From assembly GCA_041576165.1 (NCBI GenBank), contig JBFGLM010000030.1, positions 1-60,337 of the forward strand: a stretch of 60,337 nucleotides of DNA, read 5' to 3'. A model generated the notes under the pieces. The model made no database searches, was not told where the DNA came from, and saw nothing but the letters and a program-made list of their open reading frames with translations. A program made the translations under genes and the position numbers. Below, one piece after another: positions 19,078 to 27,969 of this stretch (position 1 is the first letter of the stretch; each line of letters starts with the position of its first letter). This stretch comes from Acidimicrobiia bacterium. Lineage in GTDB: Bacteria; Actinomycetota; Acidimicrobiia; Spongiisociales; Spongiisociaceae.

Positions 19078-21732
19078 ATGTCAGGCGCCGACCCCAATCT
19101 GACACGGGCGCACTCGCTAGTCGAGTCCGCCCAGGGTGACCCGGCTGCAGTCAGAACCGAAGCCGAGGCAATCATCGAAGCTACACCGGGCAGCGCAGCA
19201 GCTGCGGTCGGATTGTGGGCCCGGGGCCTCGCCGAACGTGAACTGGGTGAGCTGGCCGTCGCGCTATCCAGCCTGGAACAGGCCGTCAGCCTGGCCAGCG
19301 AGCTGCAGCGATCGGTGGACGCGGCCCGCATGCGTGAGAGCCTGGCGTTCGCTTTGTTCCTCGCCGGCGAACATCAGGAAGCCCTGCACCAAACGGAGCT
19401 GGCGGCGCGGCATCTCACCGGACCGGATGCCGCCCGGCTGAGGATGCAACAGGGTTTGATCCAACAACGGATGGGCGATCTGGACGCTGCGCTCCGCTCG
19501 TATCGCCACGCACTGGCGGGGCTGTCGCGAGCCGGCGACAAACTGGGCGAGGTGCGGCTTCGCCTCAACCGATCGATCCTTCACTCGTATCGCTGGGATG
19601 TCAGCGCAGCCCTTTCCGACTTGGAACGTGCCCACCAGCTGGCGAAGGAGCTCGGCCAGCGGATGCTGGTCGCGGGATGCGAGCACAACCTCGGTTTCAA
19701 CGAGGGCCGCCGGGGAAACGTGCCGGCCGCGCTGGAATGGTTCGCACGGGCCCGGGAGAGCTACCGGGCCGCCGGTGTGGGGGGCGGCAACGCGGCAGTG
19801 CTCGAAGTCGATCATGCCCAACTCCTGCTGGATGTCGGACTCAGCGAGGAGGCACTGGCGACGGCGCAGCGTGCAGCCGACCTGTTGAGCGACGCCGGCA
19901 ACGAAGCCGACCGATCGGAGGCTGTACTGCTCGCCGCTCAGGCGGCCCTCGCGGCTGATCAGATCGAAACGGCCGGCCGGCTGGCGACGGAGGCCACGGC
20001 CTCATTCTCCCGGCAGCGCCGCGGTGCCTGGCGCACGCTGGCCGAGTACGTCGGATTGCAGGCCCGGTTGGCCGCTCTGATGAGCCGACCTGATCCGGGC
20101 GACGTCGATTCCCGGAATTTGGCAGCAGCCGCCCGCCGGGCCGCCGGCGCGCTGCGTCGTCACGGATGGCAGGTCGAGGCCTTACACGCCCTAACGATTG
20201 AGGCGCGCGCCGAGATCGCAGCCGGCAATCCCCGCCGGGCGCAACGGGTGCTCGACACGGCCGGCGCAGCCCGCCGCCGCGGGACTATCGATCAGCGCAT
20301 GCGGGCCTGGCACGCAACCGCGTTGCTGCGCATGATCGAAGGAAACCGACAAGGTGCCCGCCGGGCGGTGCGGGCCGGGTTGCGCCTGCTCGATGAACAG
20401 CGCTCGAGTCTGGGCGCCACCGAACTGCGGGCTTCCACGGCCGCTCACGGGAGGGACCTGGCGGAGCTGGGCGTGGCAGTAGCGCTGGCCGATGGCCGCC
20501 CGGACCAGCTGCTGGAGTGGGCCGACCGGGCCCGGGCCGGGGCCATACGCCTGCATCCTGCCACCCCGCCGCGAGACCGCCACCTGGCGGCGGACCTCAC
20601 GGAGCTACGGAGGGTCGAACAGGAAGCATCGGAGGCAGCTCTGTCCGGCCTGCCGACCGACCAGCTGATCCGGCGCCGGGCGGCGATCGAGCACCGCATT
20701 CGCAGCCGGGTACGCCAGCATCGGGGAGGAGGTGAGCCGCACACGTCCATTAGGGCCGACCGGATCCGGCACTACCTCGGGCATCGCCGCCTGCTCGAGT
20801 ACGTGGAACACCACGGGCATCTATATGCCGTGACGGCCGATGCCCGCGCGTACGCTCGACACGATCTCGGTCCGGTTGGGGATCTGGGTGAACTGATCGA
20901 CCGGGCCCGCTTCGACCTCAGTCGCCTGGCGCACGGTCGGGGCAGCGGTGCGGCGCAGGAGGCCGCCGAGCGTTCCTTGGCCGACGTGAGCCGCTTGCTC
21001 CAGGTCCGAATCCTCGACCCGATCGCGGCGAACGAAGAGGAGTTGGTGATCGTGCCCGCCGGCCGGCTCCACGGGATGCCATGGCGGGTCCTTCCGGCCC
21101 TGGCCCGGCGCGCCTTCACAGTGGCGCCATCCGCCCACGCCTGGCTCCAGGCACAGTCGCGGCAGCGGCGAGCACCGGCCGCCGGCATCCTGCTGATTGC
21201 CGGCCCCGATCTAGACCATGGCGCCCGGGAAGTCGCATCGATCGCGCGGCTCTACGACCGAGCGACGCGCCTGAGCGGTCGCAATGCCACGGTTGACCGG
21301 GCGCTGGAGGCGCTCGAGCTTACGCCCAGCGCCCACATCGTGGCGCACGGACACTTCCGGGCCGACAATCCGATGTTCTCATCCCTGCAGATGTCTGATG
21401 GTCCGCTCACCGTGTACGACATGGAGCGGCTCAAGCGGGTTCCCCAAACGATCACTCTGCCCGCATGCGACGCAGCCGTCACCGGCCTGCGGCCCGGCGA
21501 CGAACTATTGGGCCTGGCGGCTGCGCTGGTTGCGTTGGGCGTGCGAACGCTGATCGTGCCCCAGGTGCCTATTCCCGACGCGGATACTCCGGCGTTGATG
21601 CGCGCCTTGCATCGCAACCTGCTGCGCGGGTTGTCCCCGAGCCGGGCGCTGGCGGAGGCCGTGGTTACGGCCGACCGGTCCTCCCCGGCTGCCCGCTCTA
21701 CGGCGATGTCTTTCATCGTCATGGGGGCCTAG
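19078..21732 (+). CDS. TPR repeat - CHAT domain (caspase-fold, clan CD) protease
   Basis: Ala/Leu-rich TPR-like helices; LVIVP.G.LHGMPW, AHIVAHG (His), TLPACD (Cys), GDELLGL, FIVMG. Start at ATG 19078, 7 nt after TAGCAT. Confidence 0.92.
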   Translation: MSGADPNLTRAHSLVESAQGDPAAVRTEAEAIIEATPGSAAAAVGLWARGLAERELGELAVALSSLEQAVSLASELQRSVDAARMRESLAFALFLAGEHQEALHQTELAARHLTGPDAARLRMQQGLIQQRMGDLDAALRSYRHALAGLSRAGDKLGEVRLRLNRSILHSYRWDVSAALSDLERAHQLAKELGQRMLVAGCEHNLGFNEGRRGNVPAALEWFARARESYRAAGVGGGNAAVLEVDHAQLLLDVGLSEEALATAQRAADLLSDAGNEADRSEAVLLAAQAALAADQIETAGRLATEATASFSRQRRGAWRTLAEYVGLQARLAALMSRPDPGDVDSRNLAAAARRAAGALRRHGWQVEALHALTIEARAEIAAGNPRRAQRVLDTAGAARRRGTIDQRMRAWHATALLRMIEGNRQGARRAVRAGLRLLDEQRSSLGATELRASTAAHGRDLAELGVAVALADGRPDQLLEWADRARAGAIRLHPATPPRDRHLAADLTELRRVEQEASEAALSGLPTDQLIRRRAAIEHRIRSRVRQHRGGGEPHTSIRADRIRHYLGHRRLLEYVEHHGHLYAVTADARAYARHDLGPVGDLGELIDRARFDLSRLAHGRGSGAAQEAAERSLADVSRLLQVRILDPIAANEEELVIVPAGRLHGMPWRVLPALARRAFTVAPSAHAWLQAQSRQRRAPAAGILLIAGPDLDHGAREVASIARLYDRATRLSGRNATVDRALEALELTPSAHIVAHGHFRADNPMFSSLQMSDGPLTVYDMERLKRVPQTITLPACDAAVTGLRPGDELLGLAAALVALGVRTLIVPQVPIPDADTPALMRALHRNLLRGLSPSRALAEAVVTADRSSPAARSTAMSFIVMGA

Positions 21733-21805
21733 ACGCCGGCACCCGAGGGGCAGCGGTGAAAAGAGGAACGCGGTCCGGGCATGAGATCTGCTTTTCAACA
21801 AACCT

Positions 21806-21830
21806 GTATCACACGGCCCGTTCTGAACTC
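21806..21830 (+). promoter_or_regulatory. Putative ECF promoter (GTATCA-N15-ACTC) downstream of the CHAT gene
   Basis: Matches the motif upstream of the subtilase; followed by about 115 nt ending in a hairpin. Confidence 0.45.
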
Positions 21831-21914
21831 CTATGCTTGAGCCAAGGAACAAGGGGGTGGCTCGGCAGGGCCCGCCAAACTCGGGGGTACGGTGGGTCGC
21901 TGCGATGTGGCTGC

Positions 21915-21944
21915 GGAGGCTGGATCCGGGGGGATCCGGCCTCC
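21915..21944. terminator. Hairpin, possible terminator
   Basis: ggaggctggatcc-gggg-ggatccggcctcc 13-bp stem with one G-U pair. Confidence 0.6.
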
Positions 21945-22069
21945 CGGCCCGCTCAGCTTCCCCCTCGTAGCGTTCTATCGCTCCCGCGGAGTGCATCCCC
22001 CGTGGCGAGCGAGGTGGCGGGTGCCGGCTGCAGCGGCACCCGCCCCACTTCTAGGCCGGTCCCGGCCGC

Positions 22070-23254
22070 CTATCCGGTCCGCACCGCCTGCGCGGGCGGG
22101 ATCTGCGAGGCCCGCATCGCCGGATAGAGCCCGGCGACAGCCCCGATCAGCAACGCCGCGCCCACACTGGCCAGCAGTCCGTCGATTGGTACCGCAAGCG
22201 TGAGATCTTGGGACGCGGCGTAGCCAATGGTGATAGCCGCGCCCAGGATCGTGCCAATGATGCCCCCGACGCCGGCCAGCAGCACCGCCTCCAGCAGGAA
22301 CTGGATACGGATGTGACGTTTGGTGGCGCCGAGCGCCCTCCGCACGCCGACCTCCATGCGCCGCTCTAGCACCGACATGACCATGATGTTGGCTATCGCA
22401 ACGCCACCTACCAGCAGAGCGACCGAGCCGAGACCGATCAGCAATCGGGTCAACGCCGTCTCGGCGGCTTCCCGCGCGGCCAGGGCATCAGACGGTCGCG
22501 TCACCGCAACCCTGTCGGGGTTCTCCGGGTTCACTGTCGAAGGAATCACCTCGACGACATCGTTGACCTCGGAGAGCGCAGCCCGTGCGTACAAGGCGGT
22601 CGGTCGCAGGTCCGGATCGAACAGCGTCCTCGCCACACCCTCCCCGATCAGTACCGACCGCTCGATATCCGGGTAGAGCGTGGCCTCATCCAGGATGCCG
22701 ATCACGGCAAACCGGGTATTGCCGATCACGACTGTGGCGCCGATGTCCAGATCGACCAGCCCTAGGCGCTCTGCGGCCGTGTAGCCCAGCACGGCGGCCG
22801 GCACCTGGGCGGTGGCGGCGTCCAGGAATCTGCCGTCGAGGATATCGATCGCCAGCACTTCGGGCAGCTCCGGCCGGGTGGCCAGCACCGAGATCCCGCC
22901 CGTCTCCAGGTCCGGAATCAGCTCGTTCTTCCTCACCGACGCGTCGATCAGGCTCGTGGCCGACACGCGCTGGATCGGCCCGACCCGACCCAGCATCTCC
23001 GGCGACTCCTGCGGCAGGTCCAGAGCCTCGCCAAACACGCCCTGGCCGGGGGTGACGCGTAGCAGGTTCGTGCCGAGCCGGTCGAGGGCGGCGAGCAAGT
23101 CGGCCCGCCCGGAGGCGGAGATGCCGAGCACCGCCACGATCGCGGCGATCCCGATGGCGATGCCCAGAGCCGTGAGCGCCGAGCGCCCGGGGCGAGCTCG
23201 TAAGCCGGTGAGACCGAGGTCGACGGCATCGGCGAACCTGAGCCGGCTCTTCAC
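22070..23254 (-). CDS. ABC transporter permease, MacB/FtsX family
   Basis: RSALTALGIAIGIAA, large extracytoplasmic loop, VGGVAIANIMVMSVLERRMEVGVRRALGA, GLYPAMRA. Confidence 0.93.
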   Translation of the reverse strand: MKSRLRFADAVDLGLTGLRARPGRSALTALGIAIGIAAIVAVLGISASGRADLLAALDRLGTNLLRVTPGQGVFGEALDLPQESPEMLGRVGPIQRVSATSLIDASVRKNELIPDLETGGISVLATRPELPEVLAIDILDGRFLDAATAQVPAAVLGYTAAERLGLVDLDIGATVVIGNTRFAVIGILDEATLYPDIERSVLIGEGVARTLFDPDLRPTALYARAALSEVNDVVEVIPSTVNPENPDRVAVTRPSDALAAREAAETALTRLLIGLGSVALLVGGVAIANIMVMSVLERRMEVGVRRALGATKRHIRIQFLLEAVLLAGVGGIIGTILGAAITIGYAASQDLTLAVPIDGLLASVGAALLIGAVAGLYPAMRASQIPPAQAVRTG

Positions 23255-23946
23255 GCCGCCGAGCCCTCGGTCAACCGACCGTCGAGGATTTCGAGGCGCC
23301 GCGGCATGCGCCGGGCCACGTCGTGATTGTGGGTTATGACCAGGATGGTCGAGCCCGCTCGATTGAGATCGAGCAGCAATTCGACAATCCCGTTACTGGT
23401 TTTCGAGTCGAGGTTGCCGGTCGGCTCATCGGCGAAGACGACCGCCGGATCACCCACCAGGGCCCGGGCGATGGCGACGCGTTGGCGCTCCCCTCCGGAC
23501 AGCTGGCTGGGGACATGTTTCAGGCGGTGCCCAAGCCCCACCCGCTCGAGGGCAGCCACAGCCCGCCGCCGGCGCTCCCCCTTGCCTATCCCCCGATACA
23601 GCAAGCCATCCGCCACATTGTCCACGGCGGTCGTGCCGGACAGCAAGAAGAACTCCTGAAAGATGAATCCGAGTCGGGTAGCCCGGATACCCGACAGTGC
23701 CCGGTCTCCCAGCTTGGCGATATCGCGCCCCTCGATCTCAACGGTTCCTTCGGTGGCGACGTCGAGCGCCCCCATCACGTTGAGGAGGGTGGACTTGCCA
23801 GATCCGGACGGACCGACCACCGCAACCATCTCACCGCCGGTCACCTCCAGTTGAATGTTACGCAGAGCCTCAACCGGCGGTGGGCCCGGATAGACCTTCG
23901 ACACGTCTGCGAGCCGGAGAACGACGTCCGTGGAGACATCTGACAC
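23251..23946 (-). CDS. ABC transporter ATP-binding protein (LolD/MacB-like)
   Basis: GPSGSGKST, LSGGERQRVAIARAL, ADEPTGNLD, ITH; GTG start at 23946. Confidence 0.95.
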   Translation of the reverse strand: MSDVSTDVVLRLADVSKVYPGPPPVEALRNIQLEVTGGEMVAVVGPSGSGKSTLLNVMGALDVATEGTVEIEGRDIAKLGDRALSGIRATRLGFIFQEFFLLSGTTAVDNVADGLLYRGIGKGERRRRAVAALERVGLGHRLKHVPSQLSGGERQRVAIARALVGDPAVVFADEPTGNLDSKTSNGIVELLLDLNRAGSTILVITHNHDVARRMPRRLEILDGRLTEGSAA

Positions 23947-23950
23947 GGGA

Positions 23951-25030
23951 TTACCTCGGCACGACGACGAGGTCGCCCTCGCTGATCTCGCCGTCGATCT
24001 CCACCAGCGTGTCGAGGAACGTGCCGATCTCCACCCCGACCAGCCGCCGCTGATCGCCATCGATCAGCTGCACGCCGTAGCCCCCTTCGGCCAGCGCTAC
24101 CAGGGCGTTCACCGGCACCGCCAGCACCCCTTCGGCCCGATCGGATTCAAGCTCCACATCAACAGGCGCCCGGTCAACGCCTCCCGCCTGGGAAGGGTCG
24201 TCAAGTTCGATCGTCACCTCCACCACGTCGATGGGTTCCCCCGGACCAGGGACGCTGGTCACCACCCGGCTGATGTCGGTAATCGAGCCCGTCACCTCAG
24301 TGTCGTCGGGCAGCACCACCACTACCGCACCGCCGACGCTGGCTAGATCCCGGTCGTCGACCGGCAACTCGAGGCGCACATGCTGCGCCGTCGCCGAGAC
24401 CTCCATCAACGGAACGCCGGGGCCGACCACGTCGCCCGGATCGACCAGCACATCACCCACCCGAACTGGCTCGGTCAAAAAGACCACCCGACCCAGTTCG
24501 AGCTGCCGCCCTTCGCTCAAGCCGACGTCCTCGCGCCACTGTTCGACCGCGTCCGCCGTCGTGTCGTCGAATTCGTCGTCGGGCTCCACAGCGGTGTCCG
24601 AATCGTCCAGCAGGTAGCCGCCGGCGACCAGATTCTCCTCCAGCTGGACCACATCGGGCCCCGGATCGATCCCGTCGGCCAGCGGCCGCCACATCGGCCG
24701 GACGCCGGCCATGACGATCACGGGAGAGCCGTCGATCTCGATGAGGGTGTCGCCCGGGCGGACGATCTGGCCGCCTGCCGGAATCTGCGTGATCGTCCCC
24801 GCTAGTTGGGCGGCGAGGACCTGGCGATCGCGAAACTCCAGAGATGCCGGGAACGACGCCCGCTCGATCAGATCGGTCCGGACGACCGGGGCCGAGCCGA
24901 GGTCCGGCTTGTCGACCACCGTCGCCGCTCCCGAGTCGCTGTTGGTGAGCTGACCTGCGAGCGTGATACCGAGGACCACTCCGGCGGCGAGCAGCACCAG
25001 GCCGAGCAGGATCGACAGGATCCGGGGCAT
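23951..25030 (-). CDS. Membrane-fusion/adaptor subunit with peptidoglycan-binding domain
   Basis: N-terminal TM; GPDVVQLEENL...FDDTTADAVEQW PG-binding pattern; VLAVPVNAL, VEIG...VEI...EGD.VV adaptor tail. Confidence 0.85.
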   Translation of the reverse strand: MPRILSILLGLVLLAAGVVLGITLAGQLTNSDSGAATVVDKPDLGSAPVVRTDLIERASFPASLEFRDRQVLAAQLAGTITQIPAGGQIVRPGDTLIEIDGSPVIVMAGVRPMWRPLADGIDPGPDVVQLEENLVAGGYLLDDSDTAVEPDDEFDDTTADAVEQWREDVGLSEGRQLELGRVVFLTEPVRVGDVLVDPGDVVGPGVPLMEVSATAQHVRLELPVDDRDLASVGGAVVVVLPDDTEVTGSITDISRVVTSVPGPGEPIDVVEVTIELDDPSQAGGVDRAPVDVELESDRAEGVLAVPVNALVALAEGGYGVQLIDGDQRRLVGVEIGTFLDTLVEIDGEISEGDLVVVPR

Positions 25031-25031
25031 G

Positions 25032-25592
25032 TCACTCTCCGACGGTGGGGAATGCCAGCAGATCCTGGCAGGCGTCCAGCGCGTCAACCAATCTCGGATC
25101 GCTCGGGTTCAGAGCACTCAGCGGAAACGGCGAACCAGAGCCGTCGAAGGCGGGATTCGGGTCGGGAAAGTCGGGCACGCCGTTCGCCCGCATGCACGCA
25201 GCGAAATCGGTCAGCTGGTCTTGAACGACCCCCAACAGCTCCGGGTCGCTCTGCAGGGACACCACCCCGGCATCGGTCAAGATCGAAGCACACTCGACGA
25301 ACGCGGAGGTGAACTCCGCCGACTCGGTGTCGATGTCAGAGAGGGCGGCGGCCGGTATTCGCGGCTGGCCCTCGGCGTCCACCTGCAAATCGGGCATGTC
25401 GACGCCATTGGCTCGCATGCATTGGGTGAAGCCCAGGACGGCGTCCTCGAAGCTGAGTCGCTCCGTGGGTTGATCGGCACCGGCTTGACCGTCATTCAGC
25501 GATGCGACCTCTTCCACTGCGGGCTCGTCATCGCCGCCGCACGCGGCGGCGATGACGATGAGCACCAACAGAACAGCTAGACGGCGTAGCAT
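25032..25592 (-). CDS. Lipoprotein with duplicated F..CMR.NGV..PD motif
   Basis: IAAAC lipobox; FTQCMRANGVDMPD and FAACMRANGVPDFPD; first gene of the ABC operon. Confidence 0.85.
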   Translation of the reverse strand: MLRRLAVLLVLIVIAAACGGDDEPAVEEVASLNDGQAGADQPTERLSFEDAVLGFTQCMRANGVDMPDLQVDAEGQPRIPAAALSDIDTESAEFTSAFVECASILTDAGVVSLQSDPELLGVVQDQLTDFAACMRANGVPDFPDPNPAFDGSGSPFPLSALNPSDPRLVDALDACQDLLAFPTVGE

Positions 25593-25705
25593 TGCTCGCT
25601 TTTCAGACCAGTGCTCTCACGTTAGATCAGCTCTGGTCGTACCTGAGTCGGACCAGCCGGGCGGCCGCCGCATCGTTCGGCGAACGCCCGGCAGGAGGTA
25701 CCGGC

Positions 25706-26008
25706 TCATGCCGACTTCACCGCTCGCCACAACTGGGAACGATCGGCTTCCAGTGGCTTGTTCGCATCCACTTTGCGCGGACGGCCGCGTCCGCGGCGTC
25801 GCCAGAACACCTGGCCGTCCCAGAAGATGACGCCGCCCCAGACGCCCCATTCCTCCTTGCGGTCCAGGGCCGACTCCAGGCATCGCAGCTGCACGGGGCA
25901 TTCCGCACACAGCGCCTGCGCCTGGGCAAGCTCGTCCGGCCGATCAGAGAAGAACAGGTGATGGAAATCACCACCCGTACATCGGCCCTGTGTGTAGATC
26001 TCGTGCAT
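25706..26008 (-). CDS. whiB7: WhiB7/WblC-type Fe-S transcription activator
   Basis: Four Cys (C...CAECPVQLRC), EEWGVWGG turn, C-terminal AT-hook RGRGRPRK; GAGGAAG RBS. Confidence 0.88.
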   Translation of the reverse strand: MHEIYTQGRCTGGDFHHLFFSDRPDELAQAQALCAECPVQLRCLESALDRKEEWGVWGGVIFWDGQVFWRRRGRGRPRKVDANKPLEADRSQLWRAVKSA

Positions 26009-26059
26009 CTGAACTTCCTCTCGTAAATGGTGTTCCGTGGCGGTGGCGGGTGTTTCGCC

Positions 26060-26092
26060 AAAAGAAAAACCGCCTGGGCTGGGGCCCGGCGG
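26060..26092 (-). terminator. Intrinsic terminator (attenuator) in the whiB7 leader
   Basis: CCGCCGGG-cccca-GCCCAGGCGG followed by TTTTTCTTTT. Confidence 0.85.
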
Positions 26093-26123
26093 CTGCTCCG
26101 TAACGGTTGATCTGGAGGGAAGC

Positions 26124-26207
26124 TCAGAGGAGCAGCACGCGCGGGCACGCGACGATGTTCGGGTTGGCAAACCCGAGGTGCGTCGACGTGCGCATGTACT
26201 GCTTCAC
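26124..26207 (-). CDS. whiB7 leader peptide (uORF), 27 aa
   Basis: AGGAGA RBS then GTG: MKQYMRTSTHLGFANPNIVACPRVLLL*; alternative ATG at 26195; stop 31 nt before the terminator. Confidence 0.7.
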   Translation of the reverse strand: MKQYMRTSTHLGFANPNIVACPRVLLL

Positions 26208-26230
26208 CAATGTCTCCTGAAGTTTCCCTG

Positions 26231-27907
26231 TCAACCTATCGGACCCTGCCGGGCCCGGTCAAGCGAATTACCGACATCCTCGTGCTCAGGATCGTGGACA
26301 CCGGGCAAGCTGAGCCGGAACACCGTATCGCCCTGATCCCGCAGATACTCGAGCGTCCCACCCATGAGCAACGCCAGCTCCCTTGACACCGCCAGGCCCA
26401 GCCCGACCGACATGCGCTTGGGGGAGGAAACGGGCGCCCGGCCGTACGGCTGGAAGACCGCATCGACCATCGAAGCCGGGATCCCGGGACCGTCATCCCG
26501 AACATCAATCTGGATGTTGTTCTCGACCGAACGAGCTTCGATCTGGCGGTTTGGGCCGCCGTAGCGGATAGCGTTGGTGACGAGGTTCCGCACGATTTGA
26601 CGGAATCGGTACGGGTCGGTGAATGACGAAAGCCCCGGCTCGACCGCGCAGGGCACTCCATCGGGCACCGCCGGAGCCAGCGCCGCAGCAACATCCATGT
26701 ATTCGGGTATGACCGTGATGTTCCCGGTGTCGATGCGGGCCGCCACCAGCAGGTCTTCCACGATGTGAGCCACGTCCATGGACTGCGAGGCGATCATCTC
26801 GACCAGCTCGGTCGACTCTTCCGCCGTGAACCGGAATGGCGAGTCGCGCAGTTCCTGCGCCAGGCCAACGACAACCGCCAGCGGGGTGCGCAGCTCGTGA
26901 CTCACCGCCGCAATGAAAGTGTCCTTCTGTTTCACCTGGTCTGCAAGCATCTCAGCCGCGGCTTTCTGCGCGATCAGGTTCGTGGCCGCCACGATGACGC
27001 TCGAGTAATCAAAGCCGTTGCGATCCCGGGTGGGAGACCAGCTCTGGAGTAGCCACGCAGGTTCGCGACTCTGTGTGCTCGATTCGACCTCGCGCTGGAA
27101 ACCGCCCGAGCCATCCCAGATCGCGTGCAGCTCCAGAGCGAGCAGCCGCAGACTCCCCTCTCGTTCGATCCGACCGTGGTAAACCAGCGGAAGCCCGGGA
27201 GCCGGCAACCCGAACAGCTCCACCGCCGCAGGATTCGCTCGCCTGACCCGCACCCGATCGGCGAGAGCAGACAGCCGCTTGGGGTCCGACGATAGGTATG
27301 GGGTCAGGTCCGTGACGCCCTCGGACTTCAGCTTCATCAGTCTCCGAAAGACTTCCGAGTAGTCGACCTCCCAGGTGGGTATCGGCGAACGCTCGAACAA
27401 TGTGTCGCTCTTGGCCGTGACCGCTCCCACCGCCCAGCTCAGCCGCCAGACGAGCCACACTGTGATCCACATGATCGTGATCGCGCCGAACGCTTCGACG
27501 ATTCGGGCGGCATAGTCCTGGGTCGATGCGAAGATCTCGATGATCACGACGACGGCGCTGAATATGACCGCGAGGCGCCACCAGTCACGAACCATCGTGG
27601 CTCCGATCACCGGCATCACGACGCTGGTGAGGATCAGCAGAGGAAGCATGCTGGGAATCGGGTCGACGAGCACGCTCACCACAAGCGCGATTGCCGCCGC
27701 CATCAACATGGCGGCGCCGCTGGGCCGCCGCAACAGCAGGAGGGTGCCGCCGAACAGCGCGTAGGCGCCGCCCATCGATGCCGGAACTGCACTCACCGTA
27801 TCGGTCACACCGGTGCCCACGGAGAGCACGATGGTGATGAGCGCCGCAACAGCGGTCCCCCCGGCGGTGACGACGAGGTCAATGCGGTTGCTGACAGAAC
27901 GGTGCAC
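26231..27907 (-). CDS. Membrane sensor histidine kinase with PAS-like domain
   Basis: Several N-terminal TMs, LFERSPIP.WEVD, SHELRTPL, NLVTNAIRY, DDGPGI, GLGL. Confidence 0.92.
   Translation of the reverse strand: MHRSVSNRIDLVVTAGGTAVAALITIVLSVGTGVTDTVSAVPASMGGAYALFGGTLLLLRRPSGAAMLMAAAIALVVSVLVDPIPSMLPLLILTSVVMPVIGATMVRDWWRLAVIFSAVVVIIEIFASTQDYAARIVEAFGAITIMWITVWLVWRLSWAVGAVTAKSDTLFERSPIPTWEVDYSEVFRRLMKLKSEGVTDLTPYLSSDPKRLSALADRVRVRRANPAAVELFGLPAPGLPLVYHGRIEREGSLRLLALELHAIWDGSGGFQREVESSTQSREPAWLLQSWSPTRDRNGFDYSSVIVAATNLIAQKAAAEMLADQVKQKDTFIAAVSHELRTPLAVVVGLAQELRDSPFRFTAEESTELVEMIASQSMDVAHIVEDLLVAARIDTGNITVIPEYMDVAAALAPAVPDGVPCAVEPGLSSFTDPYRFRQIVRNLVTNAIRYGGPNRQIEARSVENNIQIDVRDDGPGIPASMVDAVFQPYGRAPVSSPKRMSVGLGLAVSRELALLMGGTLEYLRDQGDTVFRLSLPGVHDPEHEDVGNSLDRARQGPIG
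26233..26270 (-). promoter_or_regulatory. WhiB7-type autoregulated promoter
   Basis: TAATT-cgc-TTGACC-N18-TAGGTT: AT-rich patch 3 bp upstream of the -35. Confidence 0.7.
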
Positions 27908-27969
27908 GCCGATCCACTTCGCGGTCTCCTCCAGAGGTATCGGCGGGAGCTACGAGTCGCTGAAGCGGC

